Assembly (NCBI GenBank): GCA_963696395.1
Contig: CAVOJZ010000002.1
Span: forward strand, 559,317 to 623,316
Length of the DNA stretch: 64,000 bases
Direction: 5' to 3'
Origin: an uncultured bacterium
GTDB taxonomy: Bacteria > Patescibacteriota > Minisyncoccia > UBA6257 > 2-01-FULL-56-20
Position numbers and translations under genes: made by a program. The notes below the pieces were generated by a model. That model did no database searches, was not told the origin of the DNA, and saw only the letters and a program-made list of their open reading frames with translations. Shown here one piece after another: positions 9,467 through 20,187 of the stretch. How positions within the stretch are numbered: the stretch's first letter is position 1; each line of letters starts with the position of its first letter.

Positions 9467-9969
9467 ACTTGTTTGAAACTTTGCAAGAATTTAAAAAGAT
9501 CGGGCCGGACGCTTCGTTTACGGAGAAATCCAAACGGGCTATTTTGGCTACCCGGCAAAATGTGCCGCACATGAGTCCGTTTCGCGGCGTTTTGCAATTT
9601 ATCGAAACCGGCGCCGCCGTTGTTCTTGCCGGATTTTTCATACTTTTAATCACGGGGGCATTTTCAAATTCACCATACATTGCTCCGGTGCAGTTTTCGG
9701 TCATTGATCCCGCCGGACTTCACGCCGAAGCGCAGGCGATCGACGTACAGATCCAGCTTGCTCACGTGAGCTACGTGGAAGGCTCTACTTCGTCCATTCC
9801 AGCCGCGGCGCCGTTTGCGACGCCTTCGCTCCGGACCGCACTTACAACGTCAATGGCCGCGACCTCGACAGCGTCGACATCGGCAACCGCAGTAAGTGCG
9901 TCGGCAAGCACGACGGCGACATCAACCCCGATCACCGTTGACCAGGCGCTCAATCAGCTCGAAAAATAG
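9463..9969 (+). CDS. putative anti-sigma factor (membrane protein)
   Basis: Translationally coupled to the ECF sigma gene, single TM, Ala/Thr/Ser-rich C-terminus. Confidence 0.5.
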   Translation: MNLFETLQEFKKIGPDASFTEKSKRAILATRQNVPHMSPFRGVLQFIETGAAVVLAGFFILLITGAFSNSPYIAPVQFSVIDPAGLHAEAQAIDVQIQLAHVSYVEGSTSSIPAAAPFATPSLRTALTTSMAATSTASTSATAVSASASTTATSTPITVDQALNQLEK

Positions 9970-9973
9970 CAGA

Positions 9974-10750
9974 ATGAAAAAAAATTTTTCTACGTCAGCT
10001 CTCTTTATCGCCGCGTTCGCGGCATTCTTTTCGATAGCATTGCATGTCACGCCGGTTCGTGCGGCAACCGCGGATGATTGTGCGCCATCGGCCACCGACC
10101 TTAAGCAAATCTCCATTATCCAAAATGATCCGACGCTCAGCTATTCCGATGAGTTAAAGACAGAGCTTGCCGCCAGGAAAAAACTCCTGGGAACGACCAT
10201 ATCGTGCGCTATCGGTGAGGCCACAGATTTAAAGACCTCGCTTGATGCGGTCTCGGCCACGAGCGACACCACAAATTTGCAGTCACAGCTCGACGGCAAA
10301 TTAAACGACGCCATAAATTTTTATAACATCGAACTTACAAAACTGGGCGGGGTCGGCATCTCGGGAAGTCAGGCGATCGCGCGGGAAGTCCTTTCCTACC
10401 GAACCGGATCGTATGAACCGCTCGCGGACGAGATTGATAATTTTATGTTATGGACCAATAACCAAAGCCTTTTCACAACCGCACAGGCACGCATGGGCGA
10501 CACAAACCGAGCTGTTTCATTTCTCCTGAGCGCCACGCCGAATAATGATCTCCAGTCGGCATTTGCTGCCGCGCAGTCGTCATTCAATAACGCCGAAAGT
10601 GAAAATCAGGCTGCAAAGTCCGCTCTTATGCAGCTTCTTCCAGCCGGCCAGTCGCTCTCGCTTATTCAGCAATCGCTCTCATCGCTTTCCGACACGTATC
10701 AGCAGTTCTTTACGGTAAGCAATTTGATTAAGACCTTGCTGCCGCAATAG
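9974..10750 (+). CDS. hypothetical secreted protein
   Basis: Signal peptide MKKNFSTSALFIAAFAAFFSIALHVTPVRA; start trimmed from 9896 to internal ATG 9974, which follows the anti-sigma stop. Confidence 0.55.
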   Translation: MKKNFSTSALFIAAFAAFFSIALHVTPVRAATADDCAPSATDLKQISIIQNDPTLSYSDELKTELAARKKLLGTTISCAIGEATDLKTSLDAVSATSDTTNLQSQLDGKLNDAINFYNIELTKLGGVGISGSQAIAREVLSYRTGSYEPLADEIDNFMLWTNNQSLFTTAQARMGDTNRAVSFLLSATPNNDLQSAFAAAQSSFNNAESENQAAKSALMQLLPAGQSLSLIQQSLSSLSDTYQQFFTVSNLIKTLLPQ

Positions 10751-11357
10751 GCACGAGAGAATGTACGCCGCTTTCTAAGAGCACGCGGGATGCTTCGCGG
10801 AAGGTGGATCCGGTTGTGACGACATCGTCCACCAGAATTATTTTTTCCGGAGGTTTTCGCCGGACGGCAAAAACTCCAATAATGTTTTGTTTTCGCTCCG
10901 CCGCATTCTCGGTTTCGGATTGCGGCTTTTTGTTGTGAACCCGCACTAAAATATCGTCCCGGACATCAGCCCCGAAGATTTTTCCAAATTGTTTTGCGAT
11001 CAAGAGTGATTGGTTGAATCCGCGTTCACGTTCCCGTTTTTTCGAGAGCGGAATGGGGATGATTATTGCGTCGCGGAGTGAAGGAAAAATCCTGGCGTAT
11101 TGCAGAGCGTAATCGGCGATGATGTCACCGAGGGGGATGGCCGCGGGCTGCATGAAGTTGAATTTGAGCTCGCGGATGAGTTTCTGAACGACCGGGTCGC
11201 TATAATTTGATGCCGCATGAAATTCGGCGCCCGTCGTCGCCGGATTCCTTGTGATAGAGTCGAAACACGTCGCACAACACCACGCATCCCTTGTTTTTGC
11301 TTTGCAGGCAAGGCATATATGAGGAAACAAAAAGTCGGCAAAAAATGAGAAATTCAT
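10728..11357 (-). CDS. comFC: ComF family competence protein (phosphoribosyltransferase domain)
   Basis: N-terminal Cys4 zinc finger (CLACKAK...CCATC) and PRTase motif ILVDDVVTTGSTF. Confidence 0.8.
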   Translation of the reverse strand: MNFSFFADFLFPHICLACKAKTRDAWCCATCFDSITRNPATTGAEFHAASNYSDPVVQKLIRELKFNFMQPAAIPLGDIIADYALQYARIFPSLRDAIIIPIPLSKKRERERGFNQSLLIAKQFGKIFGADVRDDILVRVHNKKPQSETENAAERKQNIIGVFAVRRKPPEKIILVDDVVTTGSTFREASRVLLESGVHSLVPIAAARS

Positions 11358-11389
11358 GCTATTATGATAGGTGAAGCGACATTAAAACG

Positions 11390-12469
11390 ATGTTAAATAT
11401 CTTTAAAAATGCCCTTTCGCCGACGTATCTCACGGTGGATATCGGTACCACGTCCATCAAAGCGGTTGAGATAAACGGCGGCGGCAAATCTCCCAGAATC
11501 GTAAACTACGGACTTCTCGAGTCGAGCGGCTATCTTGCGCGTGCGAACCAGGCGCTTCAGACGAGCAGCCTCAAAATTTTTGAAGAGGATGTCGTCGCAC
11601 TCCTGAAAACGCTTCTCAGGGAAATGGGAATTTCATCGAAGGAGGCATATGCATCGCTCCCGCTTTTTTCGGTCTTCACCGCCGTTCTTGATTTCCCTCC
11701 GATGGATGAAAAAGAAATTGCGCGTGCGATCGTCTATCAGGCAAGACAATATGTTCCGTTGCCGCTCGAAGAGGTTGCTCTCGACTGGTTGAAGGTCGGC
11801 GAATATCAGGATGAAAAAGGATTTTCGCACCAGAAAATTTTGCTGATCTCCGTGCCGCGGGAACAGATCAAGCGGTACCAGAGAATTTTTTCTGCAGCCG
11901 GGCTCACGCTCCGCGCACTGGAAATCGAAAGCTTGAGCATTGTTCGCCTTTTGGCAGGAGATCCGACGCCGACTACAATTATCGATATCGGCAGCCGCTC
12001 GACGAATATTATTTTTATGGAGCAGGGGAATCTCACGTGGAATTCCCAGAGCGACTTCGCCTCTTTTTCGCTTACACAGGCGCTTGCCTCGAGCCTGCAC
12101 ATCAATCCGGTGCGCGCCGAAGACTTAAAGAAGGAGAAAGGCATTGTCGGCACCGGCCCGAGCTATGAGTTATCCACAATAATGCTGCCTTTTTTGGATG
12201 TTATCATTAATGAAGTAAAGAAGGCTCAATTTGTTTATAGTGAACAAGTCGGTTCCGCCAAAAAAGCGGAACGCATTGTGCTTTCCGGAGGCGGCGCAAA
12301 CCTTACGGGGATCGATAAATATTTTGAGCGGGAATTTGGCATCCCAGTCGTAAAGATTGCTCCGTTTTCGAAGTTCGATTATCCGGACAATCTCTCGCCA
12401 TTCATCCCTGAGCTCGGGCCCATCATGGGCGTCGCGCTTGGTCTTGGGATGAAGCAGTTCGCTAAATAA
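11390..12469 (+). CDS. pilM: type IV pilus assembly ATPase-like protein PilM
   Basis: Actin-like fold signature (TVDIGTTSIKAVE) and position at head of pilMNO block. Confidence 0.8.
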   Translation: MLNIFKNALSPTYLTVDIGTTSIKAVEINGGGKSPRIVNYGLLESSGYLARANQALQTSSLKIFEEDVVALLKTLLREMGISSKEAYASLPLFSVFTAVLDFPPMDEKEIARAIVYQARQYVPLPLEEVALDWLKVGEYQDEKGFSHQKILLISVPREQIKRYQRIFSAAGLTLRALEIESLSIVRLLAGDPTPTTIIDIGSRSTNIIFMEQGNLTWNSQSDFASFSLTQALASSLHINPVRAEDLKKEKGIVGTGPSYELSTIMLPFLDVIINEVKKAQFVYSEQVGSAKKAERIVLSGGGANLTGIDKYFEREFGIPVVKIAPFSKFDYPDNLSPFIPELGPIMGVALGLGMKQFAK

Positions 12470-12474
12470 TTGTT

Positions 12475-13038
12475 ATGCCACTTCCGGAAAAAGTCATCGA
12501 ACAACTCGGCAAAGATACAGAAAAAACTCCGGGATGGTCAACGGGGCTCATTTCGTTTTCCGCCGCCATTCTATTTATCACGCTCTTTCTCTGGGCTGGT
12601 TTACAATATGGTTACAAGCCCTACTTCGACGCCCAGACCCAAAAGATTCAAGACCAGATCAACCAGGTGAACCAGTCCATTTCTCCCACGGATCAAACGA
12701 ATCTTATTAATTTTTATTCCCAACTTGCGAATCTACGACAACTGCTCGCCGAGCACACTATGCCGGTAAACATTCTTTCGTGGATCGAAGCGAACACGGA
12801 ACAGAATGTTTATTTTTCATCATTCTCATTTTCAGGTGATGGATCGATGACTCTTTCCGCTAATGCAGAAACCGAAGCGGATGCAAATCAGCAGATAGCG
12901 ATCTTTGAAAATTCACCCGAGGTGAAAAAATTCTCGGTATCGGGTGTCTCTGCGTTGACCGGTAGCGGGTCTTGGCAGTTCACTATCACCATGTCGGTCG
13001 ATCCAACGTTAGTTGCAAGTTCAACATTGCAAAGTTAA
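12475..13038 (+). CDS. pilN: type IV pilus assembly protein PilN-like
   Basis: Single N-terminal TM, gene order after pilM. Confidence 0.6.
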   Translation: MPLPEKVIEQLGKDTEKTPGWSTGLISFSAAILFITLFLWAGLQYGYKPYFDAQTQKIQDQINQVNQSISPTDQTNLINFYSQLANLRQLLAEHTMPVNILSWIEANTEQNVYFSSFSFSGDGSMTLSANAETEADANQQIAIFENSPEVKKFSVSGVSALTGSGSWQFTITMSVDPTLVASSTLQS

Positions 13039-13667
13039 TGAAACAAAACACCAAACGGCTTTATAGCATGATCATCGCGCTTGTCTTTATAGTGGTGGCA
13101 CTCGTTTGTTATTTTGATTTCTTGGTTCCGGCTTACACGGCTTTGCAGGTGGCCGAAGGCAATAAAATCAGCGAACAAAATCTCCTTGCGAACGAAACCC
13201 AGATTGTAAGCCAGTTTCAGGGATTGCTCGCGTCGTACCAAAGCGACGCAAGCGGAGAGCAGGCGGTGAATGCTGCTTTGCCTGTCGGTCCGCATCTTGC
13301 GGATGCAATCGCGCAACTGTACGGCATTGCGAACGCAAATAATATGACCATTGTGAGCATGTCCATCGGTTCGCAGCTCACTCCGCCGCCTGCAGCAGCA
13401 AATGGCGTGAGCGGAGCTGCGGCGAGCGGGCAAATTATCAACCCAATCGGAACCGTCACGTTCGACCTCGGCATTCTTGGCAGCTATGAGAATTTTAAAA
13501 ATTTTCTCGCCGAGCTCGCAACCAATATGCGGCTCTTTGATGTAAAGAAATTTTCATTCCAGGCAAGCGGTGCGACGAACTCAAAAACAACTTCAGCGGA
13601 CTTTTTTGACTTTGATGTTTCAGCCCAAACGTATTATCAGTCGCAGTCGCAAGCACAATCACAATAA
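13038..13667 (+). CDS. pilO: type IV pilus assembly protein PilO-like
   Basis: Start at ATG overlapping pilN stop (taATG); N-terminal TM; gene order. Confidence 0.55.
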   Translation: MKQNTKRLYSMIIALVFIVVALVCYFDFLVPAYTALQVAEGNKISEQNLLANETQIVSQFQGLLASYQSDASGEQAVNAALPVGPHLADAIAQLYGIANANNMTIVSMSIGSQLTPPPAAANGVSGAAASGQIINPIGTVTFDLGILGSYENFKNFLAELATNMRLFDVKKFSFQASGATNSKTTSADFFDFDVSAQTYYQSQSQAQSQ

Positions 13668-13669
13668 TC

Positions 13670-13972
13670 ATGGCTATTATTATTGAAGAAGAAAGAAAGA
13701 AGTCGAACCTCACCGGTCTCATCGGCTGGCTGATCATTTTCGTTATAATCATTGTCGCCATCTACTATGTTTTCTTTGCGGCACCTCAACTTGTCATCAT
13801 CACACCGACCGATACGATAAGTACGATAGCTCCGATCGCACAGGCTTCGCTCAATGCAAACCAAATCCTTCAAAGTCCCGCTTTTAAAGCGCTCAATCCG
13901 GCTTCGGTCATTACCGTTTCGACATCTACCGGCTTATCGGGGGGGAGACCGAATCCGTTTATCGCACCATAA
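13670..13972 (+). CDS. small membrane protein, pilus-locus associated
   Basis: 100 aa, one TM, between pilO and pilB. Confidence 0.4.
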   Translation: MAIIIEEERKKSNLTGLIGWLIIFVIIIVAIYYVFFAAPQLVIITPTDTISTIAPIAQASLNANQILQSPAFKALNPASVITVSTSTGLSGGRPNPFIAP

Positions 13973-14002
13973 GGCATCGTCATTCTGTGGTAAAATAGGT
14001 TC

Positions 14003-15721
14003 ATGACCGGTGAAGAGCTTTTGCAGCAAGCGCAAGCCCGTAATTTATTTCCGGCAGCGGTCGCCAACCGGGTGCGTCGCGACGCGCTTATTAGCGGTGA
14101 ATCCATCGAATCGATCATCTGGCGCGAGCGGATTGTTCCCGACGAGTCGATAGCCCAACTGAAGAGCGAAATCTTGAAGGTGCCCTATAAAAAATTTGAC
14201 GCCGCTGAGGTTGATGTGAAGCTTTTTCAGATGCTTCCGGAGGATACCGCGCGCACCTACGAAGCAGTTCCCATTTCCCTCGCCGATAACCTCTTTATTG
14301 TCGGAATGCTTCATCCGGATGATCCGAAGGCTCAGGATGCGCTCAAGTTTATCGCCCGCAAGAATCGCCAGAACCTTGGGATTTATCTTATTTCCTACGG
14401 AGATTTCGAAGGCGTCATGCGGCGCTATTCTCCGTATCGCACCGAAATTTCAAAAGCAATCCAATCACTGAACGTAAAAGAGGGAAGTTCGCAAAAAATG
14501 ACGGAGATCGAAAGCGGCGCGGGCGCCGAAGATGCGCCGATCATAAAAATTGTTGCGGACACGTTTCGCGAGGCAGTATCGAGCAAAGCATCGGACATTC
14601 ACATCGAACCCCAGGAACATGGTCTGCGCATCAGGTTCCGCATCGATGGTGACCTTCAGCAGGCTGCAATGATGCCCGCCGAGCTCGCCCAGCCGATCAC
14701 GTCGCGCGTTAAAGTCATTTCAAACTTGAAAATTGACGAAACGCGCGTTCCGCAAGATGGACGTTTCCGTTCAAAAATTTTCGATCGTGAGATTGACTTC
14801 CGCGTCGCAACATTCCCGACTCCGCTCGGCGAAAAAGTTGCAATCCGCGTGCTCGATCCGCAGACCGGTCTTAAAAGTTTTGACGACCTTGATCTTCTTG
14901 ATGCAACACGCGCTACGATCAAAGCCGGCCTTGAACGGCCTTTCGGCATGATTTTGGTGACCGGGCCGACCGGATCCGGAAAAACGACAACGCTCTATTC
15001 GTTTCTGCGGATGTTGAACAATGACAGCGTGAACATCGTCTCGCTTGAAGATCCGGTTGAATATTTCGTTTCCGGCGTGAACCAATCGCAGGTGCATCCG
15101 GAAATCGGCTATGATTTTTCGTCAGGCTTACGCCAGATTCTCCGCCAGGACCCGGACGTCATTATGGTCGGCGAAATCCGCGACGGTGAAACGGCGGGCC
15201 TCGCCGTGCAGGCGGCACTCACGGGACACATAGTCCTTTCTACGCTCCACACCAACAATAGCGCCGGCGTCATTCCCCGTCTTATTGATATGAAAGTAGA
15301 GGCATTTCTGATTCCGGTATCCGTGAATCTCATGATGGCACAGCGCCTCGTTGGGGTTTTATGCCCGGATTGCAAAGCGCCGGAGATTGCTCCGCTTCAG
15401 GTACAAAAGATCATTAAAGACGCCTTAAGCGGCATGCCCGTCGAGATTGTCTCAAAATATCCGGAACCGTATCAGATCTATCATGCGGAGGGCTGCGCGA
15501 CGTGTAAAGGGAAAGGGATTGTCGGCCGCACCGGCATTTATGAAGTGCTCCGCATGACTCCGGGGCTCGAACAAATCATTGTTGAGGGCTCTACCACGCA
15601 AAAGATTATGAAGGAGGCGAAACAGCAGGGGATGGTAACGTTGCGTCAGGATGGAATTGTAAAAGCGCTCCGAGGAGTTGTCTCGATTGAAGAGATTATC
15701 CGGGAAACAGAAGAATACTAG
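14003..15721 (+). CDS. pilB: type IV pilus assembly ATPase PilB (GspE family)
   Basis: Walker A GPTGSGKTTT, Asp box, His box, C-terminal CxxC...CxxC zinc motif. Confidence 0.9.
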   Translation: MTGEELLQQAQARNLFPAAVANRVRRDALISGESIESIIWRERIVPDESIAQLKSEILKVPYKKFDAAEVDVKLFQMLPEDTARTYEAVPISLADNLFIVGMLHPDDPKAQDALKFIARKNRQNLGIYLISYGDFEGVMRRYSPYRTEISKAIQSLNVKEGSSQKMTEIESGAGAEDAPIIKIVADTFREAVSSKASDIHIEPQEHGLRIRFRIDGDLQQAAMMPAELAQPITSRVKVISNLKIDETRVPQDGRFRSKIFDREIDFRVATFPTPLGEKVAIRVLDPQTGLKSFDDLDLLDATRATIKAGLERPFGMILVTGPTGSGKTTTLYSFLRMLNNDSVNIVSLEDPVEYFVSGVNQSQVHPEIGYDFSSGLRQILRQDPDVIMVGEIRDGETAGLAVQAALTGHIVLSTLHTNNSAGVIPRLIDMKVEAFLIPVSVNLMMAQRLVGVLCPDCKAPEIAPLQVQKIIKDALSGMPVEIVSKYPEPYQIYHAEGCATCKGKGIVGRTGIYEVLRMTPGLEQIIVEGSTTQKIMKEAKQQGMVTLRQDGIVKALRGVVSIEEIIRETEEY

Positions 15722-15780
15722 CCCCGATCGGGCGACGGAGCACTTCTTTTGGGTGTGTTACAATAAAAACAATAACCACC

Positions 15781-16854
15781 ATGGAAGACTATAAACAAAA
15801 GCTGAACGACTTGCTTACGATGTGCGCAAAACAAAATGCTTCCGACCTGCATATTGCAGTCGGACGCAGACCGACGTTGCGCATTGACGGTGTTCTCGTG
15901 CCCCTTCAGAAGGAGCCGATTATGACGCCGGAGACCGCAGAAGGGATTATTGGAGAGCTCATAACGCCAGAGCAGAAGGCAAAATTACTCACCCAGCGCC
16001 AGGTTGACCTTGCCTATAGCTTTGAAGACAAGGCGCGTTTCCGCGTGAACGTGTATTTTCAGCGCGGCTATCTTGCGGCGGCACTTCGCCTTGTTGCGAA
16101 TCGGATTAAAACAATCGAGGAATTAAATCTCCCGCCGCTCCTCCATGATTTTGCAAAACTTTCCCAGGGCTTCATTCTTGTTGTGGGTCCCGCGGGTCAT
16201 GGCAAGTCATCAACGCTCGCCGCGCTCATTGACGAAATCAATCATTCGCGATCGGACCATATTATCACCATCGAAGATCCGGTTGAATATCTTTTTACAC
16301 AAGACCGTTGCATCGTCTCCCAACGTGAAGTCGGCAGTGACGCAACCAGTTTCCATGCGGCGCTTCGCACCGTGCTTCGCCAGGATCCGGATGTGATCAT
16401 GATCGGGGAAATGCGTGACGCAGTTTCAATCGGCACGGCGATGACCGCCGCGGAAACCGGCCACTTGGTACTCTCCACGCTCCACACAAATTCTGCGGCG
16501 CAAACCATAGACCGCATTATTGATTCTTTCCCGGCCGAACAGCAGGGCCAGGTGACTTCGCAGCTTGCCGCCACGCTTGTGGCAATCGTTTCGGAACGTC
16601 TTCTCCCGCGCATTTCAGGCGGAAGAATTCCGAGCATGGAGATTATGATTGTGAATCCGGCCATCCGAAACCTCATCCGCGAACGCAAAACTTATCAGAT
16701 CGATCTCGTGATCGAAACAAGCCTGCAGGAGGGCATGGTCACTTTGAACCGCTCGCTCGTGAATCTTGTTAAAAACAAAGAGATCACGCTCGACAACGCG
16801 GAACTTTACTCGTTGAATCCTGCGGAACTCCGCATTTTGCTTGAGCGGACATAG
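15781..16854 (+). CDS. pilT: twitching-motility retraction ATPase PilT
   Basis: Walker A GPAGHGKSST, PilT-size 357 aa, ITIEDPVEY motif. Confidence 0.9.
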   Translation: MEDYKQKLNDLLTMCAKQNASDLHIAVGRRPTLRIDGVLVPLQKEPIMTPETAEGIIGELITPEQKAKLLTQRQVDLAYSFEDKARFRVNVYFQRGYLAAALRLVANRIKTIEELNLPPLLHDFAKLSQGFILVVGPAGHGKSSTLAALIDEINHSRSDHIITIEDPVEYLFTQDRCIVSQREVGSDATSFHAALRTVLRQDPDVIMIGEMRDAVSIGTAMTAAETGHLVLSTLHTNSAAQTIDRIIDSFPAEQQGQVTSQLAATLVAIVSERLLPRISGGRIPSMEIMIVNPAIRNLIRERKTYQIDLVIETSLQEGMVTLNRSLVNLVKNKEITLDNAELYSLNPAELRILLERT

Positions 16855-16859
16855 ACTTT

Positions 16860-18071
16860 ATGAAGTTTAAATATCAGGCCAAAAACAAAGAAGGGGAATT
16901 ACAGGTTGGCTATGTTGAGGCAAGTGACCGCGACAATGCGGCAACCATCCTTGCCGGCCACGACCTCTTCATTTTGAGTCTGGAAGCCGGCGAAACGCCG
17001 AGTATTTTCGATTCTCTTGCGGATTATTTTGCAAAGCCGGGCCGGAAAGATGTTGTGGTTTTTGCGCGCCAGCTTGCCACCCTTCTTGAGGCGCGCTTAC
17101 CGCTCAATAGCGCGCTCAAAATTTTGCAGCAGCAGACAACGAACGCAAAACTCAAGAATTCCGTGCGGGAGGTGACGGAAGATATTGATGCCGGACTTTC
17201 GTTTTCGCAGGCGATGGAACGGCAGGGGAAAATTTTTCCAAGCTACTACGTTGAAATGATCCGGGCTTCCGAGGTGACAGGAAATTTGAACGAAGTCGCC
17301 GGATTTCTTGCGGACTACACCGAAAAAGAAGGAGATCTAGCATCGAAAGCAACGTCCGCGCTCATCTATCCTGCCATCGTCATCGCGGTCTTTCTGGTCG
17401 TCGCTTTTATCTTGCTCACGTTTGTTTTCCCGCAACTTGGCGCAGTCTTCGCCCAAAATCACGTTGCGCTTCCCTGGTATACCCAAGCTTTGCTGAATAT
17501 CGGTAACTTTACGCAGAAGTGGTGGCCGGCAATTATCATTGCTGTTGTCGTGCTAGGCCTTCTTGCTATTGATTATGCCGGAACCGACGAGGGAGAAGCT
17601 GTCTTGGATGATCTGAAGATCCGGTTGCCGATCGTAAAAAAAGTATATCTACCAGTCATTGTAGCTCGATTTGGCAATGCAGCGTCGCTCCTTGTGCACG
17701 GAGGCATCCCGATCGCGCAAGCGCTTGAGGTTATCAGTCACATGGTTGGCAACTCGCTTTATCGTGCCGCAATTCATGACATCGCGGAGAAGGTGCGGCA
17801 GGGAGAATTGCTTTCAGCCGGCATCGCGGCGTATCCGGAATTTTTCCCCGAACTTGTCTCGCAGATGGTTTCCGTCGGAGAAACGACCGGCAAACTGGAA
17901 GAGATGTTTTCCCGGCTATCGGGAATTTATACCCGTGAAGCAGATGAAATGACCGGCAATCTCGTGGAGCTCATTCAGCCGATTCTTATCATGGGTATGG
18001 GTATTATGGTGGGCCTTCTTTTTGCGTCTGTCTTGATTCCGATATATCGGTTAACGGCAAGTTTTAGCTGA
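16860..18071 (+). CDS. pilC: type IV pilus inner-membrane platform protein PilC (GspF family)
   Basis: Two repeated GspF domains, 403 aa, multiple TM. Confidence 0.85.
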   Translation: MKFKYQAKNKEGELQVGYVEASDRDNAATILAGHDLFILSLEAGETPSIFDSLADYFAKPGRKDVVVFARQLATLLEARLPLNSALKILQQQTTNAKLKNSVREVTEDIDAGLSFSQAMERQGKIFPSYYVEMIRASEVTGNLNEVAGFLADYTEKEGDLASKATSALIYPAIVIAVFLVVAFILLTFVFPQLGAVFAQNHVALPWYTQALLNIGNFTQKWWPAIIIAVVVLGLLAIDYAGTDEGEAVLDDLKIRLPIVKKVYLPVIVARFGNAASLLVHGGIPIAQALEVISHMVGNSLYRAAIHDIAEKVRQGELLSAGIAAYPEFFPELVSQMVSVGETTGKLEEMFSRLSGIYTREADEMTGNLVELIQPILIMGMGIMVGLLFASVLIPIYRLTASFS

Positions 18072-18163
18072 TTCCACGGACTTTCCACATCCCATCAATC
18101 CCGCATTTGGTACACTGAATAGTAGAAAAAGGTCGAGCAAGATTCATCATTAAATCTAAATAA

Positions 18164-18640
18164 ATGAATATGAATTCAAGAAAAGGCTTTACCCTTATCG
18201 AAATTCTGATCGTTGTTGCGATCATCGCCATTTTGGCATCTGTTGTTTTAGTTGGTCTTGGCCCGACACAATCAGCGGGTCGGGACGCTCGTCGAGTTGC
18301 GGACTTGCATGAATCGCAAAATGGTCTGGAGCTCTATTACAACCAGAATGGCAAGTATCCTGATGCCAAGAGTCAGTCGTGGGTGAATATTGGTACAACA
18401 CTCGAAGCAGCCAATATAGGCATCAATTCGTGGCCCAACGATCCATCAAGTGGCAAGAACTACTTCTATGGTACGACGGCGACTGATAATGGATATATCG
18501 TAGGAGCTAATATGGAAAATAGTACCGGCGGCGAATGGAACAACTATGTTGCTCCAAGCAATTTTGGTACTATCGCAAACTGGACGGTTACTCCATCGGC
18601 TTGTACTCTAGCGAAGTTAGAATATTGTCAGACGCTTTAA
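18164..18640 (+). CDS. pilA: type IV major pilin (prepilin, class III signal)
   Basis: Leader MNMNSRKG followed by FTLIEILIVVAIIAILA (G|FTLIE cleavage/methylation site). Confidence 0.85.
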   Translation: MNMNSRKGFTLIEILIVVAIIAILASVVLVGLGPTQSAGRDARRVADLHESQNGLELYYNQNGKYPDAKSQSWVNIGTTLEAANIGINSWPNDPSSGKNYFYGTTATDNGYIVGANMENSTGGEWNNYVAPSNFGTIANWTVTPSACTLAKLEYCQTL

Positions 18641-18665
18641 CTTTTCTATCTCGAGAGTATACTCA

Positions 18666-18696
18666 AGCCCCGCCCTGCGGGGCTTTGGGTTTTTAG
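18666..18696 (+). terminator. rho-independent terminator after major pilin gene
   Basis: GC hairpin agccccgccctgcggggct followed by ttgggttttt. Confidence 0.7.
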
Positions 18697-18720
18697 CGAG
18701 GCATAAGGTAAAATCAATGC

Positions 18721-19572
18721 ATGCTTTATGCGCTCCTCTTTATCTTTGGATTGCTCATCGGGAGTTTTATTAATGTTATCGCTTTGCGATATGACGGCGA
18801 CCATATGGTTGCGGATCCGAAAGTGATCGGCGGCCGATCGCACTGCCCGCACTGTATGAAAACATTGCAATGGTACGAGCTGATCCCCGTTGTGAGTTTT
18901 ATTATCCAGGGCCGTCGGTGCCGGAATTGTAAAGCAACAATCGGGTGGCAGTATCCCGTCGTCGAAGTTATTTCAGGATGTATTTTTGCCTTCGTGCCGA
19001 TGCACGTCCTCACGCTCACGGGGCCGGGGCAGGCATTCACGATCTTTTCAATCTTTTGGACCATTGTTTTCGAAGTGCTTTTACTCGTTGCCTACATTGA
19101 TATCCGCCTCGGCATTATCCCGGACGAGCTCAATGTCGTGCTCGGCGTTCTCGGAATCTTTTTGGCAATTTTCCTGGCCGGATATTACGGCCTTGGGAAT
19201 CATTCCTTATTTGGTCCTTTCGGGGGCTGGTTCGGCCTTCAGGGGAATATTTGGACGAATCATATTTTTGCGGCTTTCATCGGGGCGGCTTTCTTCGGTC
19301 TGCTCATTCTTATCACGCGCGGGAAGGGGATGGGAATGGGCGATGTGAAGCTTGCGATTCCGCTCGGTATCGTTTTCGGGTGGCCGGACATTCTATTCAT
19401 TATCGTTTCAGCATTTATTCTCGGCGCTCTCGCCGGCGTCATCTTCATCATTCGCGGAGAGAAAACCATGAAAGGCTCCTTGCCATTCGCGCCGTTCCTT
19501 GTGGCCGGAGCCGTGATTGTTTTCTTTGGTGCAGTACAAATTACTCGAGCGTATCTCGGTCTTTTAATGTGA
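18721..19572 (+). CDS. pilD: prepilin peptidase (A24 family)
   Basis: N-terminal CxxC...CxxC zinc region (CPHC...CRNC), multiple TM, catalytic-Asp context GMGDVKL. Confidence 0.85.
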   Translation: MLYALLFIFGLLIGSFINVIALRYDGDHMVADPKVIGGRSHCPHCMKTLQWYELIPVVSFIIQGRRCRNCKATIGWQYPVVEVISGCIFAFVPMHVLTLTGPGQAFTIFSIFWTIVFEVLLLVAYIDIRLGIIPDELNVVLGVLGIFLAIFLAGYYGLGNHSLFGPFGGWFGLQGNIWTNHIFAAFIGAAFFGLLILITRGKGMGMGDVKLAIPLGIVFGWPDILFIIVSAFILGALAGVIFIIRGEKTMKGSLPFAPFLVAGAVIVFFGAVQITRAYLGLLM

Positions 19573-19584
19573 TAGAATAAGAGC

Positions 19585-20178
19585 GTGAGAAAAGGATTTA
19601 CCCTTGTGGAAATATTGGTTGTGATAGCAATTTCAGTTGTTCTCGCTACCGTCGCCATAGTTTATGGTGAGCAGGGCAACAACCAAATATCGCTTTCCGT
19701 TGAGGCGGCGAAAGTGAGCCAGCTTACGCTTCAGGCAAAGCAGCTCGCCATAGCAACGTATAATTCAAATCCCAGCACTCCTGCCTGCGGTTACGGAATG
19801 TATTTCAACATGCCGAGCTCAACGTACTCGCTTTTCATTTATAGCCCGACAAATTTGATTAAGAATGGTTTTTGTCCTTCGCTTGCCACCGCAGTGTCGT
19901 CAACGTTCGATCCGGTAAATGACATGAGCCAATATTCCCAGCAATCATGGCAGGTGCCGCTTGCGCAGGGGGTTATGATGGTGAGTTCGACAGACCCAAA
20001 TGGCAACATCAGCGCCATCGCGGTGATATTTTTTCCACCCAACCCGCAAACGCTTATTACGAATATTAATGACAACGGCGTATATAGTGATAAAACGGCG
20101 TACGTAGATCTTTCAACCACTGACGGCAGCGCGTCGAGAACCATCATGATCACCCCTGGCGGACAAGTGTCATTTTAA
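19585..20178 (+). CDS. minor pilin / pseudopilin
   Basis: Prepilin N-terminus MRKG|FTLVEILVVIAIS. Confidence 0.75.
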   Translation: MRKGFTLVEILVVIAISVVLATVAIVYGEQGNNQISLSVEAAKVSQLTLQAKQLAIATYNSNPSTPACGYGMYFNMPSSTYSLFIYSPTNLIKNGFCPSLATAVSSTFDPVNDMSQYSQQSWQVPLAQGVMMVSSTDPNGNISAIAVIFFPPNPQTLITNINDNGVYSDKTAYVDLSTTDGSASRTIMITPGGQVSF

Positions 20179-20187
20179 CGTGCGAAT